From an uncultured Actinomycetota bacterium (lineage in GTDB: Bacteria; Actinomycetota; Actinomycetes; Mycobacteriales; Jatrophihabitantaceae), in NCBI GenBank assembly GCA_963797785.1, contig CAWCQT010000001.1, positions 2,494 to 66,493 of the forward strand: 64,000 nucleotides of DNA, read 5' to 3'. Below the pieces are notes generated by a model. That model was given only the letters and a program-made list of their open reading frames with translations. It searched no databases and was not told where the DNA came from. Made by a program: the position numbers and the translations under genes. Positions 55,977 to 64,000 of this stretch are shown here, in pieces. Every line of letters begins with the position of its first letter. Position 1 is the first letter of the stretch.

Positions 55977-57950
55977 CTAGCCGCCGATCCAATGCCGAAG
56001 GAAGCCGACTGCCGCGATCACGATTCCGAGGCTGTCGGCGCTAATCCCAACGATCTTGTCTTGGAGTCGTACGTCGCGGTCTCGAGCCCAGTCTCCGGTC
56101 TGCAGCCACCACAGGGCACTGCCACCGATTGCGCCGAGCCCCCAGGGCCAGAACGTGAGAAGCATGGTGCACACACCGATAGCAAGGGTCGCAGCGGCTA
56201 CGCCGGTCCGAATCGAAGCCCGCCGACTCAACGCCTCGACATCGGAGTGGGTCGGGCGTTCGCTCAGTTCAGAGCGAAGTCGCGCCACCTCGCTTTCCGC
56301 GGTGGCCGATCTCGCCTCAACGGCGTCGCGCTCACCCTCGACTCGCGCTGTCGCAAGTGCCGCTGAGGTAACGCGACGGTGCGCGGCCTGCCGCTCAGTC
56401 TCTTGGATCGCGTTCGCGTGCTGCATGGAGAGGTGCGCTCGCCGGGTTCGGTGTTGCTGGACCTCCTGCTCAATCCGCGCAGCCGTGCGCTCTGAAGCGG
56501 CCGCGACCACAGCAGCAACGGTTGGGAACTGCGCAACACGGACGTCGATTTCTCCTCCAACGCCGCCAAGCGTCGTTGCCAACTCGGCAGCCACCTCAGG
56601 TGGGTACCGAATGGCGACGCGATTAGCGACCTCTCGCACCAGTAGCTGGCTCGCAGCCTCGGTGAGTGAAGCAACCTCGGAGGCAGGGCGTGCGCGAGCA
56701 AGCATCGTTCCAAGAGTCGCCGGTTGCAGTACGAGAGGAACGTCCGCGAGCCCTGGGTCGATCCGGCTGAACGCAGGCCCGAGCCGTCGATCATGGGTAA
56801 GGACGAACAATCCCGGCCAAGTCACGGTGGGGTGGGCTGCTTTGAAGCGGCGGCGGTGACGTAAGGCGAGTGAAAGCGTCTCAGCGTCTCGGCTGATCGC
56901 GCTCTGCGTACGGTAAAAATTGTTCGACTCTGCAAGGACTTCCTCAAGTGCCTGGCGGCAGCGTTCAACCTGGGCGCTGTCACGGTTGCCCGCCGGCCGG
57001 ACCTCGACGCCGATCTCCTCAAGCCGGGCGCGGAACCCGCGAACCTTCTGAACAAACTGCTCCCAACTGCGAACCGCGCCCTCATCAAGCGACTGAGCGT
57101 AGGCGGCTTGAACGCTATCCCGCTCGGAGAGAGCGATGAAAGCCGCGCGCTGCCGGGGGTCGTTCACCAGGTCACGAATGAATGCCGGCTCCCCGCCTAA
57201 AACGAGATCCGCAAACTCGTCGAGGCAGCTGCTCCAGCGCCAGCACTGAAACACCCGAGTCCCGCGCCGCAGCGATGATGCGCTCGACGGGGCGTCGGAC
57301 AGCCGCGCCCGATACCAGCGAGATGAGCATCGGGGTGTCGAGAACAACCTCTTGGCCTTGCAAGGGCCCCAGCTGCCGCTGCGCTTCAGCTTGATCGAGC
57401 CGCGCCAGAAATCCATGCAGGATGCAGGATGTCGAAACGACCGTAACCAACTTATTCCCGAAGGGATCGGTCGGATCAAGTGCGGCGATAGCCGCGGCCA
57501 ACAAAAAGTCAGCTACGTCAGCAGAAGCTCCCGAGACGAGTCGCTGCTGGATCAGCCCCTGGTCTGCCGCGACGGGAAGTACGGAACTGCCTCTGTAGAA
57601 GTCGACGGCACCCAGGTACGCCTCGTCGGCGGCGCTGATTCCCGCCGGGTCAGGGTGGCCATCAGCCGGTCAGCCCCACTGCTCCTCGCCTCCCCCGGTT
57701 GCGGTGAGCGGAAGGAATCTGCCGCTCTGTCTCCAATCGAGCCAACCAAGCGACGGCGGCAGCCGGCCACCCCATTTTGCAGCTGATTCGACGTCAGCTC
57801 GACCATGGTCTGTGAGATGCCAGAGCGTTCCGTCAGTCCCTGGGTGCGTCACAAAGTAGTTGGTGGCGATCGCTCGCCCCGCCGGCAGGGCTTCATCGAC
57901 GTCCTGATCGTCGAGACACCCGCACGCAGGCCATTCAGCAGTGACAGATC
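55977..57950 (-). CDS. hypothetical wHTH - PIN-like nuclease - coiled coil - C-terminal TM protein (frameshifted)
   Basis: Frames join WHLTDHGRADV (wHTH-like), VVLDTPMLISL, LDEF, SRDAETL, FVLTHDRRL (PIN-like acidic residues), a charged helical stretch and terminal hydrophobic helices. Start uncertain. Confidence 0.5.
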
Positions 57951-58171
57951 AGCGTAGATCTCGATCGGCACTCAAACTGCTCTGCCGGAAAGCTCCACAC
58001 GGTGGAGATGAGGAGGTCGAGCCTCGTTGCGCGGCGCGCACCGCGAAACACAGCGTGGGCGGCAGCGATCGCAGTGAAGCGTGAGGCGCGCCCTCATCGT
58101 CGGCCGGGGTATGTAACGGTAGCCCTCGGGTTGCGGTCTGCTTCGTTGGTCACTATGAACTGTATACGTAG

Positions 58172-61124
58172 TAGTACTCCCGGACGTAGCCGAGGGCCTT
58201 CTCGAAGACGTCGTTGTCGCGGATCTTGAACTGGACGTAGAGCGTCTTGCGGAGCGCCTGCTGGACCTCCTGGTCGCCGTCGGATGGTCGACTGCCAGCC
58301 CTCGAAGCGGACGCCGCGCACGACCTCGTCGATTCGGTTGACGATGTTCTCGACGATGATCGGGGTCTCGTCCGTCTTGAGCGACTCGAAGAGCTCGGTC
58401 AGCGCGGCCTTGCCCTGCTCCTCGCGGGGCACCTCGTCGATCGGCCTTCTCGGCGGCGACGGTGTCGCGGGCCAGCTCGAGCAGCTCCGCGCAGGAAGTC
58501 GAGGCTGGACTGCTGGATGTCGGCGTACTTCTCCCGCAGCGCGTTGAGCCGCTGGCCGAGCTCGACGAAGACGGGGTTGTTGAGGTGGCGGGCGATCCGG
58601 GCGGTGATCTGCTTCTCGATCTCCTTCGGATCGACGTCCTTGCCGCTTGCCCGGCATCAGGTCCTCGATGGACTGCGGCGTCGAGGACGATCGTCTCCAG
58701 GTCGCTGCGCGGGACCTCGACCTGGACGTGCTCGTTGATCAGGTCGATGGTCTTGGCGCCGAGCGCGTGCCAGACCAGCCGGCCGGTGATGTCGGACGGC
58801 CGGACCGACTCGTAGACGTCGGTCAGCCAGCGGTAGTCGGCGCTGGTACGGCGACAGCATCGGGTCGGGGCTGAGCGCCTCCCAGAGCTGCGAGACGACG
58901 CTGTACGCGAGCCCGAAGGCGTCCTTGGCGGCGTCGTCGGCGATCGCCGCCTGCGCCTGGATCAGGCCCTCGTAGCCGCCGACGGTGCGGTCGACGCCGG
59001 GGAAGAACGCCAGCGCTGCGGCGATCGCCGGCGCGAGCTGCTCCTTGAGCTCGTCGATGTTGGTGATGACCTGCTGGACGCGACTTCTCGTCGAACTCGA
59101 GCGCCTTGGCGACGTCGTCGAAGATGCCGAGGTAGTCGACGATCAGGCCGTGCGTCTTGTTCGGCGGGTAGACGCGGTTGGTGCGGCTGATCGCCTGCAG
59201 CAGCGTGTGCTCCTTCAGCGGCTTGTCGAGGTACTGCGCCTGCAGGATCGGCGCGTCGAAGCCGGTGAGCAGCTTGGCGGTGACGATGATGAACTTCAGC
59301 GGGTCGGCCGGGTCGTTGAAGCGGGCGAGCGATCTGCTCCAGCTCCTCGCGCGTCCGGGCGTCCACTGCGCCCAGTCGGCCGGGTCGCCGCGGCTCTTCG
59401 ACATCACGATCGTCGACGCGTCTCGGCCGGCAGGTGCTTGTCGAGCTCGGCCTTGTAGGCACGCAGGTCGGCTTGTCGAAGACGACGACCTGGGCCTTGA
59501 AGCCCTTCGGCTCGACCTTGGCTGGTGAAGTGCTCGGCGATGTCGGCCGCGATCTGTCGCGATCCGCTCGGGAGCCTTGATCAGCACCTCGATCGAGGCG
59601 GCCTTCTTCGACAGCGTGATCTTCTCGTCCTCGGTCAGCTCGTTGCGCTCGGCCGAGCTCGGCGAAGGCGGCGTCGATGGCCTCCTGGTCGATGTGGATC
59701 TCGGACAGGCGCGGCTCGAAGTGCAGCGGCAGGGTCGCGCCGTCGCGGATCGAGTCCTGGAACGAGTAGCGGCGACAGGTAGCCGCCCTCGTCCTCGTCG
59801 GCGAGCCGAACCACAGAACGTGTTGCGGTCGCGCTTGTTGATCGGCGTGCCGGTCAGGCCGAACAGGAACGCGTTCGGCAGCGCCTCGCGCATCTTGCGG
59901 CCGTAGTCGCCCTCCTGGGTGCGGTGCGCCTCGTCGACCATCACGATGATGTTGTCGCGCGTCGTCGAGCACGCCCGGCGGCCTCGCCGAACTTGTGGAT
60001 CGTCGTGATGATGACCTTCCGCGCGTCCTGGCCAGCAGCGTCTGCAGCTCCTCGCGGCTGTCGGTCGAGACCAGGTTCGGGACGTCGGCGGCGTTGAAGG
60101 TGCCGGTGATCTGCGTGTCGAGGTCGATGCGGTCGACCACGATGAGCACCGTCGGGTTGGTCAGCGCCGGCCATCGCCCGCAGCTTCTGCGCGGCGAAGA
60201 CCATCAGCAGCGACTTGCCCGAGCCCTGGAAGTGCCAGATCAGGCCCTGCTTGATCCGGCCGAGCAGCACCCGCTCGACGATCAGGTTGGTCGCCTGGAA
60301 CTGCTGGTACCGGGCGATGATCTTGATCTTGCGGTGCTTCTTGTCGGTCGCGAACAGCGGTGAAGAACCGCAGGAAGTCCAGCACCGCCGCCGGCGTCAG
60401 CACGCCCTCGACGGCCTCCTTGACCGCCGCCAGGCCGACCTTGGCCGGAGCGTCGTCGTCGGTCGTCGTCCTCGCGCCACGGCCCCCACAGCTCGACCGG
60501 CATGCCGACCGTGCCGTAGCGGAAGTCCTTGCCCTCGGTGGCGAACGAGAACACGTTCGGCACGAAGAACTGCGGCACGTTCTGCTCGTAGTCGTCGTGG
60601 ACCTGGGCGGCGCCGTCGATCCAGGTCTACGCCGGCCGCACCGGCGACTTGGCCTCGCCGACGACCAGCGGGAAGCCGTTGCACCACAGCACCAGGTCGA
60701 ACCGCTGCTCGACGCGGCCCTGCTCTGAAGGTGACCTCGGTCGAGATCGACCACTGGTTCGCGAGTCTCGGGTCGTCGAAGTCGATCAGCCGGACGGTGA
60801 CGTGCTCGCCGTTCGGGCCGAACGGCATCGACTTCTGCCCGGTCAGCCAGGCCATGAACTCCTCGTTCGCCACGACCGGGTTCGGCGTCGTCGCGCGCGG
60901 AGAGGATGATCGCCCGCAGCTGGTAGAGGACCTCGTCGGCCAGTCGCGGGTCGGCCTCGATCTCCGGGTTCAGCCGGATCAGCGCCTCCTTGACCGCGCC
61001 TCCAGCAGCACCTCGTCGCGTCGCGACGCGGCAGCTCATTGCCCGGGACGAACTGCACGTCAACCGACTCCACGAGGTCGCGGACGAAGTCGCGAACCGA
61101 GTTGGCCTCGTTGAACTGGCTCAT
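58172..61124 (-). CDS. hsdR: type I restriction enzyme R subunit (many frameshifts)
   Basis: DLVLWCNGFPLVVGEAKSP, LIWHFQGSGKS, VDEAH, FGLTGTP, KLLTGFDAP, LLQAISRTNR, GLIVDYLG. Confidence 0.92.
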
Positions 61125-62338
61125 CAGCTGCCTCCGAAGACTCGTCGAGCAATGACGGACGCATGAGCGCTCGTCAGCGCTGACGATGCTCAGCTCGCGC
61201 AACGACTGTCGAGCGCCGCGAGCTCGACGCGATCGCGTCGACAGGATGCTCCGTTGCTGCGTCCTCGACGGAAGCGACGGGACAGCTGAGCTTCCGCAAG
61301 GCGACCACGTTGAGTGCTGCTGCGCGTTCCCGACGGACGTCTTCGACATCACTGCTGAGCGCGTCCGACGCTGAGTCAGTACCAGGCTAGGAACTGCGAC
61401 GACAGCTCGGCTGCGTCGGTCGCACGATGATGCAGATCAGTGCGATGTTGAACGCCTCGATACTCCTCCGTGCACGACTCGCGCGCCTCGACCGGTCGAG
61501 CGTGCCGCGCTCTGACGATCAGCGACGTCGCCCTACTCGCGACCGTGACGTCGCCAGTGCTTGCGCGCGATCTGCCTGAAGTCGGACATCGTCTCCGAGA
61601 TCGACTCGCCGGGCATCAGGTCTCGACCCGCGAGCGCCGGGATGCCGTCGGACGTCGTGTAGTACTGCGTCGGCTGACGACCATCCGCAACGGATGACGT
61701 CAGCGATCAGCTTCGTGACGAGACGCCAGTCGGCACTCGAGCTGCTGCGAGCAGACTCGCATGGACGCCACGTCCGAGACGACGTCCGCGACATCCGCTG
61801 CGCAGCGTCCGACGAGCGCTCCGCCGTGCCGCTCGACGGCCCACAGGAGGTCGGCGATGCGCTGCTGCTCGTCGAGCGGCGGCAGGTCGAACTCGACCGC
61901 GCGAGGTCCGACCAGTTCACGTACGGGTTGACCGAGCCCTTCGACTCGGCGATCGCGTAAGTCGTGGAACGGCTCGAGGCTACATGACGAACGGCAGGAA
62001 CTCCGGCAGCAGCTCCGTCTCGTCCTCGGCCTCGACCACGAAGGTGTTGTCGGCGCAGACGCCGTCGAAGTCGGCGACAGCGACCTTGCGCAGGTATGTG
62101 CGGCGCGAGCCGTACAGGACTTGACCCGGCGGAAGCGGCGGTGAAAGCGGGCCGAGGTAACCGTCCCCGACGTCGCCCCAGCGGTGGATCTTCAGGTCGT
62201 CGGTGTCCATGTGCTCGCCTGCGATGTAGCGGTCGACGGACCGCGGCCTCGGATCACCTTCGCCTTGACGCTGACGTTCGCGACCACGTCGCCGAAGGCG
62301 ACGCGCTTCCACGTGGTCTTGTCGAGGTCGAGGCTCAC
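61121..62338 (-). CDS. hsdS: type I restriction-modification specificity subunit (many frameshifts)
   Basis: WKRVAFGDVV, YIAGEHMDTDDL, VLYGSRRTYLRKVAVADFDG, LPPLDEQQRIA; lies between hsdM and hsdR. Confidence 0.85.
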
Positions 62339-63839
62339 TGCGCCGCCTCCTGCCGAAGCAGGGCGAGCACGTCCTCGACTGCGGCGTCCGAGGCGTCGGC
62401 CGCTTCGCGCCAGGCAGTGACAGCGTCCGCGACGTCAGACTCGCTCGTCGGTCGACGCGCTCGGTGGCGCCGGCGACGTACAGCGGGATCGCGAGGGTGT
62501 AGCCCTTTGCAGCGATCTCGTCCAGCGTCGCGACCGCGGCGAACCCGTCGTCGTCGGCGAAGCCGCGGTAGGCGGCGAGGATCTTGTCCTGGTGTCTCGC
62601 GCAGGAACGACTGTGCCTGCTCGCGGGCGACCTCGTTGACGGCGTTGATGAACAGCACCTTGCCCTTGCGGTCGGCGGCTTGCTGGCGCGGCAGGATGAC
62701 GACGAACGCTTCCATCGGCGAGTTGTAGAACAGGTTCGGCGCCGAGGCCGAGGACGCACTCGAGCAGGTCGGACTTCGACCAGCGCTTCGCGCAGCGCGG
62801 CTTCTTCTTGCGGAACAGGACGCCGTGCGGGAAAGGATCGCGCAGCGGCCGGTCTTCGGGTCCAGGCTCTTGGCGATGTGCTGGAAGAAGGCGTAGTCGG
62901 CGCGGCCCTGCGGCGGCGTGCCCCAGATGTTGCGGCCCTAGGGGTCCTTGGCGAAGGCGTCGCGGTTCCACTGCTTGATGGAGTACGGCGGATTGGCGAG
63001 GACCACGTCGAAGTCTGCAGCCGGCCGTCGCCGTCGAGGAAGCGGGCTCGGCGAGCGTGTCGCCGTGGGCGATGTGGAAGTCCTCGATGCCGTGCAGGAA
63101 CAGGTTCATCCGGGCGATGGCGGAGGTCGTAGTTCAGCTCCTGCCCGTAGAGGCGCAGGTTGCGCCACTCCTTGCCCTGTCGGCTTCAGCTCGGCGGCGG
63201 CGGAGATCAGCATGCCGCCGGTGCCGCAGGTCGGGTCGTAGACGCGACTCGCCCGGCTGCGGCTCGAGCATCAGCGTCATCAGGTGGACGACGGTGCGGT
63301 TGGTGTAGAACTCCTGCGCGGTGTGGCCGGAGTCGTCGGCGAACTTCTTGATCAGGTACTCGTAGCCGTTGCCGAGCTCGTCCTCGGGCAGGTTCGCGAT
63401 CGACAGCGTCTTGGTGGAGAAGTGCTCGATGAGGTCGCGCAGCGTCGCGTCGGGCAGCCGGTCCTTGTTGCTCCAGTCGCCGTCGCCGAAGACGCCGAGC
63501 AGCTTGTCGGGGTTGGCCGCCTCGATCGCGCGCATCGCGCTTGAGGATCGCCTGCGCCGACGTTGCTGGTGACCGTCGCGGACGTCGTCCCAGTGCGCGC
63601 CGTCGGGGATCTGGAAGCGGTGGTTCTCCGGCAGGTCGGCGAGCTCCTCGTCGCCGTAGATCGTCCAGCGCGGCGGCGTGCTCCTCGTCGTAGACGTCAG
63701 AGCCGCTTGAAGAAGACCAGCGGGAAGATGAACTGCTTGTAGTCGCCGGCGTCGATGAGGCCGCGCAGCAGCGACGGCCGCGCCCCACAGGTAGGACTCC
63801 AGCTCACGCTGGGTGATGCGCTGCTGCTCAGTCGCTCAT
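62335..63839 (-). CDS. hsdM: type I R-M methyltransferase subunit with NPPY motif IV (many frameshifts, one in-frame TAG)
   Basis: LESYLWGAA..LRG.IDAGDYKQFIFPL, GNGYEYLIKKFADDSG..AQEFYT, YDPTCGTGGML, FDVVLANPPYSIKQW, PHGVLFR. Confidence 0.9.
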
Positions 63840-64000
63840 GCCGACAGCCCCCACTTCGCCAGCTCGGCTTCCAGCGCGGCGCGCGTCTCGGCGGCCGTCG
63901 CCGTGCGCGGCTTCGAGGTCCGCGAGCGCCTGGGCGAGCGTCGAGCCTGCTCGCCGTCGTCGGCGGGAGCGACGTAGAGCGGGATGTTGAGGTTGAAGCC
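63836..64000 (-). CDS. hsdM: 3' end of a second type I methyltransferase subunit (runs off the window)
   Basis: GFNLNIPLYV followed by a short helical tail ending LAKWGLSA*; stop overlaps the ATG of the next hsdM. Confidence 0.7.
   Translation of the reverse strand, partial: GFNLNIPLYVAPADDGEQARRSPRRSRTSKPRTATAAETRAALEAELAKWGLSA

Noticed and set aside
62935-62945. In-frame TAG in hsdM as stop-codon recoding
   Set aside because: It lies in a region full of indels and a single substitution explains it; there is no other sign of recoding.
1-64000. CRISPR array, rRNA or complete tRNA
   Set aside because: No regularly spaced repeat-spacer series or rRNA-like sequence was seen. The only tRNA-like sequence is a 3' fragment.
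58172-64000. R-M system inactivated by frameshifts
   Set aside because: Essential genes at the other end (rpsF, rpsR, acpS) show the same indel density, which indicates low consensus quality rather than real decay.

Overview
The window is mostly a high-GC, apparently actinobacterial accessory region (about 2.8-58 kb, nearly free of frameshifts) with frameshift-rich ends. 1-2.83 kb: alphaproteobacterial-type housekeeping genes (acpS, pdxJ, rpsF, rpsR, a DUF2232-like gene) that break off mid-gene at about 2835 into an actinobacterial-type VOC gene fragment, most likely a chimeric join. 2.8-8.1 kb: a decaying cluster around a HisD/HpsN-like dehydrogenase and a LacI regulator. 8.1-55 kb: a large catabolic island. 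It contains two diverged copies of the same six-enzyme core: an enolase-superfamily enzyme with an unusual Lys-to-Tyr change, three amidohydrolase_2 subtypes (one lacking most metal ligands), a Gfo/Idh/MocA oxidoreductase and a creatininase-family amidase. Each copy has its own ABC transporter and DapA-family enzyme. One copy has twin IclR-type operators. The other belongs to a GntR/FadR block with nine copies of a 7-bp-periodic CCTAGGT/CATAGGT motif, plus many amide hydrolases, two FG-GAP proteins, a heparinase-like protein and a tailspike-like beta-helix protein. The 21.7-55.5 kb block lies between the 3' and 5' relics of an IS3-family element. At 55.8 kb a 3' fragment of tRNA-Ala(GGC) with tandem arm-type repeats marks the edge of an integrative element. 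That element carries a wHTH-PIN-coiled-coil-TM protein and a type I R-M system with two hsdM genes, the fully visible one having the NPPY motif of m4C-forming subunits. All calls come from reading motifs by eye; no database search was run.
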